The position numbers and the translations under genes were made by a program. Positions 39,243-51,529 of a DNA stretch of 64,000 nt are shown here, piece after piece. This DNA comes from an uncultured delta proteobacterium (GTDB lineage: Bacteria > Myxococcota > Myxococcia > SLRQ01), in NCBI GenBank assembly GCA_963727485.1, contig CAVSGM010000002.1, positions 192,001 through 256,000 on the forward strand, read 5' to 3'. The notes under the pieces were generated by a model, which did not search any database, was not told where the DNA came from, and was given only the letters and a program-made list of their open reading frames with translations. How positions within the stretch are numbered: the stretch's first letter is position 1; the number at the start of each line of letters is the position of its first letter.

Positions 39243-41122
39243 ATGACGCGCAAGTACCTGATCTGGAGCGCCTTTCTCCTTCTGCTCCTCGGCGGCGGCG
39301 GCTGCGCCAGCGCCTTCCAGGAGGCGGCGCGGGCGGACACGCCGGCGGCCTACCGGGCCTTCCTCGCCAGCGGCCAGGGGACCGACGCCGAGCGCCAGTC
39401 CGCCAGGAGCCGCCTCGACGCCATCAGCTTCGACCGGGCGCGGAAGGCCGGGACCCTCGCCGGGTACAAGCGCTACCTCGAGGCCTTCCCCCACGGCGAC
39501 CACGCCGAGTCCGCCGCCGCCGCCCTCGAGGCCCTGCGCTTCAAGGCGGCGATGGGCACCCAGGGGCCCTGGGCCCTGGAAGACTTCCTCGCCCGCTACC
39601 CCAGCGGGCCCCACTCGGCGGCGGCGCGCGACGCCCTGTCGGTCCGGACCCGCAAGGCGGCGCTGGCGAGCAAGGACCCGGCGCGGTACCGGGCGTGGCT
39701 CGACCGCTACCCCGACGCCCCGGGGGCGGCCGCAGGTCCGCCGGGCCCTCGCCCAGCGCGCCTGGGCCCGGGCGTCGAAGGCGGGCACCTTCGCGGCCCT
39801 GTCCCACTTCGTCCACGCCTTCCCCGGCGATCCCCACCAGGCGGGAGGCGGCGCTCCGGATCCGGGCCCTGGAGGTCCGGGCCGGCGTCGCCGCCGGGAA
39901 GCTCGACGCGGCACGCAAGGTGGTCGCCGGCACCGGCAACCCCGAGGGCCCACGCCCGCCTCCAGGCGGCCTTCGACCGGGCGCTCCTCCACCGGGCCCT
40001 CGTGGACCTCGACCCGGCGGCCCTCGGGGCCCTCGCCGCCGAGCCCGGGGTGGGGCCCCGAGGCCGCCGCGGCCCTGAAGGCCCTCCGGGCCCGGCCCCG
40101 GCATGGGCGCCGGCTCACCGCCGCCGCCGAGGTCCTGGCCACCCCCGCCGCCGGGCCTCACCGAGGTGGAGATCACCGCGGGCCTCGCCAGCACCGACCC
40201 CCGGCGCCGCCGGGTCTCCGTCCGGGCGCTCGGCTACACCCGGGATCCGGACCGCCTCCGGCGCCTGGTCGACGCCCTCGGGGACCCGGACCTCCTGGTC
40301 CGCCTCGAGGCCCAGGGGGCGATCCGGCGCCTGGCCGCCAGCCTCGATCCCCTGGTCCGGGACGTGGCCTTCGCCGCCAACCTCCAGCGCCTCCACGCCC
40401 GGGCCGCCGGGAGCAGGCTGCTCACCGCCGAGGGCATCGTCCTCGAGGCCGCCGGCCGCCCGGGGGCCCGGGACGCCCTCCGCCGCGCCGCCGCGAACCC
40501 GGGGCGGATCCTGGCGCCGCTCCACCTCGTCGACCTCGAGACCGACCCCGAGCGCCGGTGGGTGGCCCTGACCCAGGCGGCCCACCGGATCATGGCCGCC
40601 GTCCACGACCGCCTCGGTGCCCTGGACCGGGCCCGGACCAAGGGGCCGGTGGACGTGGCCCTCCTGCGCCAGTGCGCCGGCTTCGACCAGGTCCTCGGGC
40701 AGGTCCTCGCCCACACCGCCGGCGTCGCGAAGGCCCGGGCCCAGGCCACCGGCCTCCCCAAGGTCGAGCCGCTCCCCTGGGCCGCCGACGCCCGCACCCT
40801 CGAGGCGCGCCTCCACCGGATGCGGGCCGACGCCGAGGCCCGGGCCCGGGTCGTCGACCGGAGCTACCTGTCCTTCGACGTGGACGAGGGCGCCGGTCGG
40901 CGGGCCGCGGCGGCGAAGAAGAAGCTCGCGGCGGTGAAGGTCCTCGCCCGGGCGCCCGGGGTGCCTGGGGTCCACGCCGCCCTGGCGCGCGCCGCCCGGA
41001 GCCCCCTCGCCGCAGTGGCCGCCGCGGCCCGGGGGGTGCTCGCCGCCGAGGCGAAGCCGGCGCCGGAGACCGCGGCGAAGACCGCGAACCCGGCGCCGAA
41101 GACCGCGGAGGGCGCCCGATGA
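39243..41122 (+). CDS. Helical-repeat lipoprotein with HEAT-like repeats (several frameshifts between ~39735 and ~40075)
   Basis: Signal peptide ending GGGC; repeated Y..FL..YP.G.H units; ALGY..LVDALGDPDLLVRLEA HEAT-like segment in the final frame. Confidence 0.65.
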
Positions 41123-41541
41123 AGCTCCCGGACGCCCTCTGCCGGGACGTCGCCGGCCTCCTCCAGGGCCGGCACCAGGACCGCCTCGGCCCCGGTGAGC
41201 TGTTCACCGTCGCAGGCGAGATGGACGCCGACGGGGTCGAGGTCACCCTCGTCCTCGACGCCCCGGGCGGCCACGACCGGGCCGAGGCCGTGTGCCGGGT
41301 CGCGGTGCCCAAGGGCGCCCCCGACGCCGACGCCGCCCTCGACCGTGCCCTCGACGCCGCCGACGCCTTCCTCGGGAGCTGGCTCGAGGGGGACCGGGCC
41401 GAGCACTTCCCGGTGGACTTCGAGGAGTACGAGTACGGGGGCGCGCCGGTGAGCCTCCGGTTCCGGCGGTCCCGGCCCACGGTCGAGACCGAGGCCGACC
41501 GGCTCCTCCGGGAAGCCGGCCACGATCCCGACGACGTCTGA
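41119..41541 (+). CDS. Hypothetical protein
   Basis: ATGA overlap with the previous gene, GGAGG RBS, 140 aa, acidic. Confidence 0.7.
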   Translation: MKLPDALCRDVAGLLQGRHQDRLGPGELFTVAGEMDADGVEVTLVLDAPGGHDRAEAVCRVAVPKGAPDADAALDRALDAADAFLGSWLEGDRAEHFPVDFEEYEYGGAPVSLRFRRSRPTVETEADRLLREAGHDPDDV

Positions 41542-41578
41542 TCCGGCCGTCGGCCCGGCGCCGCCGCCGGCGCGGCGG

Positions 41579-41878
41579 TCACGCCTCGCCGGACCCCTCG
41601 GGCCCGCCCTCGCCGTAGCCGTAGGGGGCCTCGGGGAGCGCCTCGCCCTCGGCGAGACCGAGGAAGACCTTCATCTGGACGTCGAGCTTCTCCGCGTCGG
41701 CGGCGCTCGCCAGGTTGAGCCGGAACTCGTTGATCACCTTGGTCTGCATCACCTGCCAGGCCCGCCAGCAGGAAAGGCACACGTGGTCCTGGATCTCCTG
41801 ACCCGAGGGCCCGGGCCAGGGGGGCGCCGGCAGGGCCTCCCGCGCCTCGCCACATCTCGCACACTTCACCGTCGCCAT
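41579..41878 (-). CDS. Fe(II)-trafficking / oxidative damage protection protein, YggX family
   Basis: PPWPGPSGQEIQDHVCLSCWRAW..QTKVINEFRLNL; GGAGG RBS. Confidence 0.82.
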   Translation of the reverse strand: MATVKCARCGEAREALPAPPWPGPSGQEIQDHVCLSCWRAWQVMQTKVINEFRLNLASAADAEKLDVQMKVFLGLAEGEALPEAPYGYGEGGPEGSGEA

Positions 41879-41893
41879 GGGTTCCTCCGAGGA

Positions 41894-41909
41894 CTGCACT
41901 GACATTCAG
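41894..41909. promoter_or_regulatory. Putative LexA box between the YggX-family gene and the helicase
   Basis: CTGCA-CTGACA-TTCAG, resembling the CTGAA-N6-TTCAG box upstream of lexA. Confidence 0.5.
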
Positions 41910-41937
41910 GGGTGCGTGCTATATCACTGTGTTGCTC

Positions 41938-44049
41938 ATGGCCAGCCGTCGCTACACCCTGAAGTCGCACGTCCCCGCCGTCAACTGGCGCATCGACTAC
42001 GCCCAGGATCTCAACGCCGAGCAGCTCCGGGTCGTCGAGGCCGGCAACGGCCCGCTCCTGGTCATCGCCGGGGCGGGCTCGGGGAAGACCCGGACCCTCA
42101 CCTACCGGGTGGCAAGGCTCCTCGAGTCGGGGGTCCGGCCCGAGGAGGTCCTTCTCCTCACGTTCACCAACCGCGCCGCCCGGGAGATGATCGGCCGGGT
42201 GAACGAGCTCGGGGGCGAGGCCCTCGGCAACGACCTGCGCCGCCTCTGGGGCGGAACCTTCCACCACGTGGCGGCGCTCACCCTCCGGGAGCACGCCTCG
42301 GTGCTCGGCTACGGCGAGCGCTTCGGCATCCTCGACCGCGAGGACTCGAGCGAGCTGATGAAGGCCTGCATCGCCGAGCTGGGCCTGGCGAGCCTCCCCC
42401 GGCGCTTCCCCAAGCCCGACGTGGTGGTCAGCCTGGTCTCCAGCGCGGTGAACACCCAGACCCCCATCGCCGACGTGGTCGCCGACCGGACGCCCCAGTT
42501 CGTGGTCCTCACCGAGGAGATCCTCCAGGCCGCCGCCCGGTACATGGAGCGCAAGGTCGCCCTCAACGTCATGGACTTCGACGACCTCCTCCTCAACTGG
42601 AAGGTGCTCCTCGCCGAGCACCCGGCGGTCCGCGCCGCCCAGGCCGGCCGCTTCCGCCACGTCCTGGTCGACGAGTACCAGGACACCAACCAGCTCCAGG
42701 GCGACCTCGTCGACCTGGTGAGCTCGGTCCACGGCAACCTCATGGTCGTCGGCGACGACGCCCAGAGCATCTACTCGTTCCGGGGGGCGCACTTCGCCAA
42801 CATCTTCGAGTTCCCCGAGCGCCATGCCGGGGCCCAGGTCTTCCACCTCACCGCCAACTACCGGTCGACCCCCCAGATCCTCGAGCTCGCCAACGCCTCC
42901 ATCGCCAACAACGACAAGCAGTTCGAGAAGACCCTCACCGCGGTCCGCGACGCCGGGGTGCTCCCGGCGCTGGTGCCCACCCGGGACGTGTTCCAGCAGG
43001 CCGAGTTCGTCTGCCAGCGCATCCTCGAGGTCCGCGACGAGGGCATCCCCCTCAAGGACGTGGCGGTCCTCTACCGGGCCCACCACCACTCCATGGAGCT
43101 GCAGGTCGAGCTCTCGCGCCGGGGCATCCCCTTCGTGGTGCGCTCGGGGCTGCGGTTCTTCGAGCAGGCCCACATCAAGGACGTGCTGGCCCACCTGCGC
43201 CTCACGGCCAACCCCCGCGACGAGCTGGCCTTCAAGCGCACCATCCGCCTGGTGCGGGGCATCGGCAGCGCCATCGCCGAGCGCCTCTGGACCTGGATGC
43301 GCGCCCGGTCCGAGGGCGCCGGCGACCCGGTGTCGGCGATCCTTCGCCGCGAGGCGCTCGAGGAGGTCCCGCCGCGGGCCCGGGCCAGCGTGGGGCGGTA
43401 CCAGGGGCTCCTCCGCGAGCTGGGCAAGCCGTCCCTCCGGGACACCCCCGGCGAGATGATCCGCCTGGTGCTCGAGAGCGGCTACGACGACTACCTGAAG
43501 GACACCTTCCTCAACGGTGAGTCGCGCCTCGAGGACCTGGAGCAGCTCGCCACCTTCGCCGACTCGTACACCGACCTCGACACCTTCCTCGGCGAGGTCA
43601 GCCTCCTCACCGAGCTCGAGGGCGAGGAGGTCGTCGACGGTGTCGAGCCCGACGAGCACGTGACCCTCTCCACCATCCACAAGGCCAAGGGCCTCGAGTG
43701 GCGGGCGGTGTTCCTGGTGTGGCTCGCCGACGGGCGCTTCCCGGTCCCGGCGGCCTACCGCACCGCCGACGGCCTCGAGGAGGAGCGGCGCCTCTTCTAC
43801 GTCGCCTGCACCCGGGCCAAGGACGAGCTCTACCTCTGCCACCCGATCATGCACACCCAGCGGGACAGCGAGCGCATCGTGATGAAGGCCTCGCCCTTCG
43901 TCGAGGAGCTCCCCGAGGGGGACGACGCCCCGTATGAGCGGTGGAGCCTGGAGGTCGAGGCGGTGGATCCCGGGCCGGCGCTGGGGCCCGGGGCGGGGAT
44001 CGCCGGCGCCCTCGGCGAGGGGGGCGAGGGCCCGGATTCCGCTGATTGA
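41938..44049 (+). CDS. UvrD/PcrA/Rep family ATP-dependent DNA helicase
   Basis: AGAGSGKTRTL, VDEYQDTN, VGDDAQSIYSFRGA, STIHKAKGLEW and EERRLFYVACTRA. Confidence 0.95.
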   Translation: MASRRYTLKSHVPAVNWRIDYAQDLNAEQLRVVEAGNGPLLVIAGAGSGKTRTLTYRVARLLESGVRPEEVLLLTFTNRAAREMIGRVNELGGEALGNDLRRLWGGTFHHVAALTLREHASVLGYGERFGILDREDSSELMKACIAELGLASLPRRFPKPDVVVSLVSSAVNTQTPIADVVADRTPQFVVLTEEILQAAARYMERKVALNVMDFDDLLLNWKVLLAEHPAVRAAQAGRFRHVLVDEYQDTNQLQGDLVDLVSSVHGNLMVVGDDAQSIYSFRGAHFANIFEFPERHAGAQVFHLTANYRSTPQILELANASIANNDKQFEKTLTAVRDAGVLPALVPTRDVFQQAEFVCQRILEVRDEGIPLKDVAVLYRAHHHSMELQVELSRRGIPFVVRSGLRFFEQAHIKDVLAHLRLTANPRDELAFKRTIRLVRGIGSAIAERLWTWMRARSEGAGDPVSAILRREALEEVPPRARASVGRYQGLLRELGKPSLRDTPGEMIRLVLESGYDDYLKDTFLNGESRLEDLEQLATFADSYTDLDTFLGEVSLLTELEGEEVVDGVEPDEHVTLSTIHKAKGLEWRAVFLVWLADGRFPVPAAYRTADGLEEERRLFYVACTRAKDELYLCHPIMHTQRDSERIVMKASPFVEELPEGDDAPYERWSLEVEAVDPGPALGPGAGIAGALGEGGEGPDSAD

Positions 44050-44074
44050 CCGGGCCCTTGGGCGCCGATACGAT
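44046..44074 (+). promoter_or_regulatory. Putative sigma70 promoter of the lipoprotein-Hsp70 operon
   Basis: TTGACC-17 nt-TACGAT. Confidence 0.55.
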
Positions 44075-44155
44075 GCGGCCCACAGTGCCGGGCCGCGAAG
44101 CATCAGGGGGGGGCGTCGGGTCCCCCACGGGGGGTGGAAACGTCGTGCCGCCGCG

Positions 44156-44820
44156 GTGGCGCGGGGCCTGGCCACGGCCCTGGCGTGCCTGTCCCTCGGC
44201 GCCTGCGCCACGCCCACCTCGGGCCTCGCCGCCCCCGGCGCCGACACCGCCGGGAGCGTGACGCCCCCGGGGCGCGCCTTCCCCACCGAGGTCACCTTTC
44301 CCGACGGCTACGGCCGCGCCTGGGACGCCACGGTGGCGGTCCTCGCCTCCCGGGGCTTCCCCCTGCGCTCGGTGGCCCGGGCGTCGGGGATCGTCCAGAC
44401 CGGGTGGCGGGTCACCGCCGGGCGCTACGAGACCCGGGTCGGCGGGGTCCTCTACTACGGCCGGAAGGTCGAGCGGCTCACGGTCCTGGTCCGGCCCCTC
44501 TCCCACGGGACCGCGGTCTCGGTGCAGGCCCAGGCGGCCCTGGTGAGCCCCGAGTGGAGCGCCGCCGGCACCCCGGCGCCGGGGCAGGCCGCCGACGTCC
44601 CCGACGACACCATCACCGACTACGGGATCCTCCATGACCTGGGGCGGGTGCTCCGCCGGCCCCTGGCCCGGGCGCCCGACGCCGGCTACCCGGGGCCCCT
44701 GGCCGGCGGCGGGGTGTTCACGGCGCCGGTGAGGGCCGCGGCGCCGGTGAAGGCCGCGCCGCCGCCCCAGGCCCCCACCTCGCCGCCGCCCCCGCCGCCC
44801 GCCACCGCCGGAGGGACCCC

Positions 44821-44824
<4 letters not shown>
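44156..44824 (+). CDS. Hypothetical lipoprotein with Pro-rich tail
   Basis: Lipobox LGAC; AWDATVAVLASRGFPL..ASGIVQTGW resembles BamC-like helix-grip lipoproteins; start uncertain. Confidence 0.65.
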
Positions 44825-46422
<1,598 letters not shown>

Positions 46423-46425
46423 GCG

Positions 46426-46698
46426 ATGGGTATGAAGGACAAGGCCACCAACCTCGGGATGAAGGTCATGAACGACATCATGACCGACCCCGAGAAGGCC
46501 CAGAAGCTGGCGAAGGCCATGGGGGCCTACCAGAAGGGGCGTGACTCGGTGCGCGAGAGCCAGGAGAAGCTCCTGCACTCGGTGGGGCTGCCCACCACCG
46601 GTGACGTCGAGGGCCTCACCAAGCGGATCTCGAAGGTCCGCCGACGCATCAAGGACGTGTCCAAGCGTCTGGGAAAGGTGCAGGGACGACTGGCTTGA
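46426..46698 (+). CDS. Small basic coiled-coil protein (phasin-like C-terminus)
   Basis: AAGGAG RBS; GLPTTGDVEGLTKRI segment. Confidence 0.7.
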   Translation: MGMKDKATNLGMKVMNDIMTDPEKAQKLAKAMGAYQKGRDSVRESQEKLLHSVGLPTTGDVEGLTKRISKVRRRIKDVSKRLGKVQGRLA

Positions 46699-46723
46699 CA
46701 GGCGGCCGAGCCAACACCATACT
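46695..46723 (+). promoter_or_regulatory. Sigma70 promoter of tRNA-Val
   Basis: TTGACA-17 nt-CATACT followed by a GC-rich discriminator. Confidence 0.7.
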
Positions 46724-46743
46724 CCGCCGCCGTTTCACGGTTT

Positions 46744-46818
46744 GCGCGCGTAACTCAGCGGTAGAGTGCCACCTTCACACGGTGGAAGTCGCTGGTTCGA
46801 ACCCAGCCGCGCGTACCA
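46744..46818 (+). tRNA. tRNA-Val (anticodon CAC)
   Basis: Acceptor stem GCGCGCG/CGCGCGT, D arm ACTC/GAGT, anticodon arm CCACC-TTCACAC-GGTGG, T arm GCTGG-TTCGAAC-CCAGC, encoded CCA. Confidence 0.96.
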
Positions 46819-46822
46819 TCTT

Positions 46823-46865
46823 CCCGCGCCCGCTCCCCCAGGTTGGGGGGCGGGCGCGGGCTTCT
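46823..46865 (+). terminator. Hairpin after tRNA-Val
   Basis: CCCGCGCCCGCTCCCCCA-GGT-TGGGGGGCGGGCGCGGG then CTTCT. Confidence 0.7.
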
Positions 46866-46882
46866 CGACGCCGCGCCTACTG

Positions 46883-48317
46883 ATGGCTGCTTCCGAGCGC
46901 AGGCCCCGGGCCCTGGTCGTCGACGACGACGACGGGATGCGTGGGAACATGGCCCACATCCTCGAGGCCGACGGCTTCGAGACGGTGGGCGCGGTCGACG
47001 GGATGGACGCCCTGGGGCGGCTCGAGCGCGCCAGCTTCGACATCGCCCTCCTCGACATCCAGATGCCGGGCATCGACGGCCTGGAGACGCTGAAGCGGAT
47101 CCGGGAGAAGGCGCCGGAGGTCGAGGTGGTGATGGTCACGGTGCTCAAGGAGATCCCCAAGGTCGTCGAGGCGATGAAGCTCGGGGCCTTCGACTTCCTC
47201 ACCAAGGACTTCCGGGCCAGCGAGCTGCAGCTCAAGGCCCAGCAGGCCCTGACCCACAGGCGCACCGCCCGGCAGATGGCCTACCTCCGCGACGAGGTGG
47301 AGCGACAGGCCCCCGGCGAGATGATCATGGGCGACGGGCCGGCGATGCGCGAGGTGTCGACCCTGGTCGACAAGGTGGCGCCGCTCCCCGCCACGGTGCT
47401 GGTCCTCGGCGAGAGCGGGACGGGCAAGGAGCTGCTGGCCAGGCGTCTCCACCGCATCTGGTCCGGGGGCGACAAGAAGAAGCCCTTCGTCACGGTGAAC
47501 CTGGCGGCGATGCCCGCCAGCCTCATCGAGTCCCAGCTCTTCGGGCACGAGAAGGGGGCGTTCACCGGGGCCACCGAGCAGCGCCTGGGGAAGTTCGAGC
47601 TCGCCGACGGAGGCACGCTCTTCCTCGACGAGATTGGCGAGCTGCGCCTCGATCTCCAGGCGAAGCTCCTGCGCGCCATCCAGGAGCGCGAGGTGGAGCG
47701 CCTCGGGGGCAAGCGTCCGGTGCCGGTGGATGTCCGGCTCATCACCGCCACCAACGTCGACCTCAAGGAGGCGGTCCACGCCGGTCGCTTCCGTGAAGAC
47801 CTCTACTACCGCATCAACGTCATCCCCATCCGGCTGCCGCCCCTGCGCGAGCGCATCGAGGACGTGCCGGTGCTGGCGCGGCACTTCGCCCGGAAGGCGG
47901 GGCAGCGGTTCAACCGGCCAGTGCCCGAGCTCACCGACACGGCGCTCGAGGTGCTGATGCGCTACCCCTGGCCCGGGAACGTCCGGGAGCTGGAGAACCG
48001 CATCGCCGGGCTGGTGGCGGTGCAGGACCGGCCGGTCATCGACGACGTGGACCTGCCCATCGAGTTCAGCTACCCGCGCTTCTACGACGAGGCCCGGCGC
48101 AAGAAGGCGGACGGGCTGGCGGTGGCGCTCACGGCCTTCGAGCGGTCGTTCATCGCCATGACCCTGGAGAAGACGGGGTGGCACCGGAAGCAGGCGGCGG
48201 CGGAGCTGGGCATCGGCTACTCGACGCTGAAGAAGAAGCTCAAGAAGCTGGGTGCTCGCGCCGCCCGGGGGGCGCCACGCCGACGGGGACCCGGACGGCG
48301 ACGACGACGAGGGGTGA
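46883..48317 (+). CDS. NtrC-family sigma54-dependent response regulator
   Basis: REC domain (VVDDD, LLDIQMPG), GESGTGKE, GHEKGAFTGA, WPGNVREL, HTH; a probable late frameshift near 48253 gives the end ..DGDDDEG* at 48317 (the uncorrected ORF runs to 48421). Confidence 0.93.
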
Positions 48318-48362
48318 GCCCTCACCGGCGCCGGAGGGACGTGGCGCGCGTGGCCGGCGTCG

Positions 48363-50141
48363 TCAGGCGGCGTCGGGGGACGACTCGGCCACCGGGGGAC
48401 TGGCGCGCCGGGGCAGGGTGACCACGAAGACGGCGCCGCCGCTGGGGCGGTTCCCGGCGGAGACGGTGCCCCCCTGCTCCTCGACGATGCGACGGACCAC
48501 GGCGAGGCCGAGGCCGAGGCCGTTGCCCGAGCCCTTGGTGGTGCGGAAGGCGTCGAAGAGGTCGTGGAGGAGCGCCGGGGGGATGCCCGGGCCGTCGTCC
48601 TCGACCACCACGGTGACCCGGCTCGCCTCGAGGCCGACGCGGAGGGTGACGTGTCCCCCGTGGTCGCGGAGGGCGTCGAGGGCGTTCTCCACGAGGTTGC
48701 GCACGGCGCGCTCGAGGGCCAGGGCGTCGACCTCGACCATGGGGTCCCCGTCGCCCTCGACGACCAGGGCGAGGGAGATGCCGCGGGTGCGGGCGGTGGC
48801 GGTGAGGCTGCCCTCGAGGCGACGGAGGAGGTCGGGGAGGAGCACCGGCGCGGCCTCGGCCTCCCGGGGGTTGGCGAACTCCGAGAGGTCGGCGAAGAGC
48901 CGGTCGATGTAGGCCTGCTCCCGGTCGAGGTTCGCCTCGAGGTCTTGGCGGGTGGCCTCGGTCTCGGGGATGTCGAGGAAGGTCCGGACGTGGGTGATGA
49001 GGTGCTGGAACGGGCGCTTGAGATCGTGGGCCAGCCCGCCGGCGATGCGGCCGAAGAACGCCAGGCGCTCCTGGCGGCGAATCTCCTGGGTGAGGGTGCC
49101 GAGGTCCTCGGCCATGTGGTTGAAGCCCCGGGCCAGGTCGCCGAGCTCGTCGGGGCGGTCGTGGTGGACGCGGACGGTGAAGTCGCCCTCGCCGATGCGC
49201 CGGGCGCCGGCGGCGAGGCGCTCCACGGGGTTGACGATGGTCCGGGCGCCGATGAAGGTCACGGTGCCCACGGCGAGGAGCGCCGCGAAGAGCACGATGA
49301 GCAGGCCGAGGCCGAGCGCCCGCGCCTGGGCGAAGGCGTCCCGCGCAGGTGTCTCCACCACGGCGACCCAGTCGGTGCCCGGGACGGAGGCGGCGGCGCC
49401 GACCACCTGCAGCCCGTCGCGGCGGTCATAGGTCGCCGACACGGCGCCGCCGTCCTTCTCCACCTCGTTCACGATCTTCGGGGTGGGGTAGGGGCGGCGC
49501 TGGATGGCGTAGACGAGCTCCTTGGCGATGCCGTGGGCGAAGAGGTGCCCGTGGCGGTCGACGAGGTAGGTGTAGCCGGTGCGACCGAGGCGCAGGTCGC
49601 GGACCATGGACCACAGCTCCAGGGTGTCGACCTCGGCGGCGAGCGCCCCCACGGTCCGCCCGAGGCGGTGGACCGGCACGGCCACGGCCATCACCGGCAG
49701 CAGGTCGTCGCCGATGACCACCTGGGTCACCTGGGGCTTGCCGGTGGCCAGGGTCTTGTCCGCGGCGCCGCGCACCAGCTTGGAGGGCCCCTTGTCCGGC
49801 AGCAAGGTGCTGAAGGTCCGTTTGCCCCCGTGGTCGAAGTCGACCAGGTAGCGCAGGGTGCGGTCCTCGAGGAGCGCCCGCGCCAGCACCCGGTCGGTCT
49901 CGGTGGCGTCGAGCCCGTTGCCCGGGCTCACCGCCGCCCCCACCGCCCGCACCACGTCCACGCGCCCGCGGACGAAGGCCCCGACCCGCTTGGCCACCTC
50001 CGACGCCGCCGCCCGGGTCCCGGCGGTCACGCCCTCCTGCGCCCCGCGGATTCCGGACCAGGTGGCGTAGACCCCGTAGGCGCCGAGGGGAAAGAGCGTG
50101 GTGAGCGCCAGGAAGAGCAGGAGCTTGGCGCGCAGGCGCAT
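48363..50141 (-). CDS. Membrane sensor histidine kinase (TM-dCache-like-TM-HAMP-HisKA-HATPase)
   Basis: Two TM helices, GRTGYTYLVDRHGHLFAH Cache motif, DELGDLARGFNHMA HAMP, AHDLKRP H-box, DDGPGI and GLGLGL. Confidence 0.93.
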   Translation of the reverse strand: MRLRAKLLLFLALTTLFPLGAYGVYATWSGIRGAQEGVTAGTRAAASEVAKRVGAFVRGRVDVVRAVGAAVSPGNGLDATETDRVLARALLEDRTLRYLVDFDHGGKRTFSTLLPDKGPSKLVRGAADKTLATGKPQVTQVVIGDDLLPVMAVAVPVHRLGRTVGALAAEVDTLELWSMVRDLRLGRTGYTYLVDRHGHLFAHGIAKELVYAIQRRPYPTPKIVNEVEKDGGAVSATYDRRDGLQVVGAAASVPGTDWVAVVETPARDAFAQARALGLGLLIVLFAALLAVGTVTFIGARTIVNPVERLAAGARRIGEGDFTVRVHHDRPDELGDLARGFNHMAEDLGTLTQEIRRQERLAFFGRIAGGLAHDLKRPFQHLITHVRTFLDIPETEATRQDLEANLDREQAYIDRLFADLSEFANPREAEAAPVLLPDLLRRLEGSLTATARTRGISLALVVEGDGDPMVEVDALALERAVRNLVENALDALRDHGGHVTLRVGLEASRVTVVVEDDGPGIPPALLHDLFDAFRTTKGSGNGLGLGLAVVRRIVEEQGGTVSAGNRPSGGAVFVVTLPRRASPPVAESSPDAA

Positions 50142-51494
50142 CTAGTGGGCCTTGGCCGGGCGGATGGAGAGGGCCAGCGAGTAGGGCTCGGTCGAGTCGG
50201 GCTTGGGATGGACGAAGCGGAAGCGCTTGGAGGTGACGGCGACGCGGGGGAGCACGCCCAGCGGCACGAAGGGCGGGTTCTCCGCGAGGCGCTTGCGGAT
50301 GTCCTTCCAGGTCGCGCCCTTGGCGAGCATGGCGTCGAGGACCGGGTCGTGGTGGTGGCCGACGTTCAGGCGGGCGCTCGATGGCGACATACAACGTTGG
50401 GGCCCGAGCGGGTGGCGCAAGTTGATGAAGCTAGGCGGAGGTCGAGCTTCCATGGGCTGGCCAAGTCGCTGCTTGGGCCACATGCTGTCACATGAGCCTG
50501 GACTCCTGCATCCGCTAGGCTCACGAAGAGGTCTTCGGTCGCCATGCGCGATCTCCTCGAGGTTGACGATCTCGAGGTCTAGCGGCTTGGTGATGGTCTT
50601 CAGCATCCTCTTGCACCCAGCGCGGAGGGGCGTGTCAGAACCGACTTGCCGATGGACCCGTGCGGGCGTCGGGGCCAGCCCATAGGCGACCTGCCAACGC
50701 CCGGAAGGCAGGAGTGATGGCTCTGGCAATGCACCGCCGGACCGCCGTGACTTTGGAGTAGGGGCTCATCTTCGTTGAAGACGAGCACAGCCTCGGTGTT
50801 CCTCTGCAGTACGGAGTCACCAGTCCTACCCGAGGCAGCGAGCAGGCGATCGTGCTGTAGGGGGAGCCCGCCGGCCACGTCGGCGTCGCCGGCTAGCAGG
50901 TGGGCGAAGACGGCCACGCGGCCCCGAGACGTGTCGGACGACCATCAGCCGAGGGTCGTGCATGGGCTGCACGGCGCGCGAGACAGATCCGGCTGGGCGC
51001 TCTGGGAGCGACCCGGTACGGGCCTGCGCCAATCCACGCCCCGTCCCGACCTCTTCGGGCAACGGGTGCCCACGGGACCGCGTGCATGTCCGGTGTCGGC
51101 AGGTGCAGGATACAGCCTGCCGTTGCGCTGCCAGTGCCAGCTCTCGCTCTGGGACCCCAGATGCAGCTCACGGCGGATCGCGCTGACGAGGTCGCGCGGC
51201 CGGATCGGGGAGCCGTCCTGGAAGTACCAGGTCGGCTTGAGGTTCGACCGCACAAGGATTCTCGCTGGGGCAGTGCAGGGCAGCCGGATAAGACGTGATC
51301 CGAGTGGAGGCGCAATTAGGTCGAGCAGGGTGGCCGAGTCGCCGTTGTGGGGCATGCCGGGAACGAGCGGCTCGAGAGGGCGGGGTGAGACCCACACGAG
51401 CGGTCGCTCCTGGCGCTGGCGGGCGTGGCCTGACACAGGCCGACAGGAGAAGCCCAAGCGCAAGCGCAAGCGGTACAGTCCTTCGGTGCCTCAC
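50142..51494 (-). CDS. Family-5 (OppA/DppA-like) solute-binding lipoprotein, broken by about 8 frameshifts (assembly errors or pseudogene)
   Basis: In order across frames: lipobox LLSAC; FQDGSPIRPRDLV; WIGAGPYRV; AHLLAGDADVA; LVFNEDEPLL/TAVRRCIARAI; LFVSLADAGVQAHV; NVGHHHDPVLDAML..RLAENPPFVPL; TAG directly abuts the kinase ATG. Confidence 0.75.
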
Positions 51495-51529
51495 CGAGAC
51501 AGCCTAGTCGTAGTCGCGCAGTCCGACGG

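Noticed and set aside
50142..50606. Separate small ORFs (MLKTITKPLDLEIV..., MSPSSARLNVG...) as extra RiPP precursors
   Set aside because: They are better explained as C-terminal fragments of the frameshifted solute-binding protein
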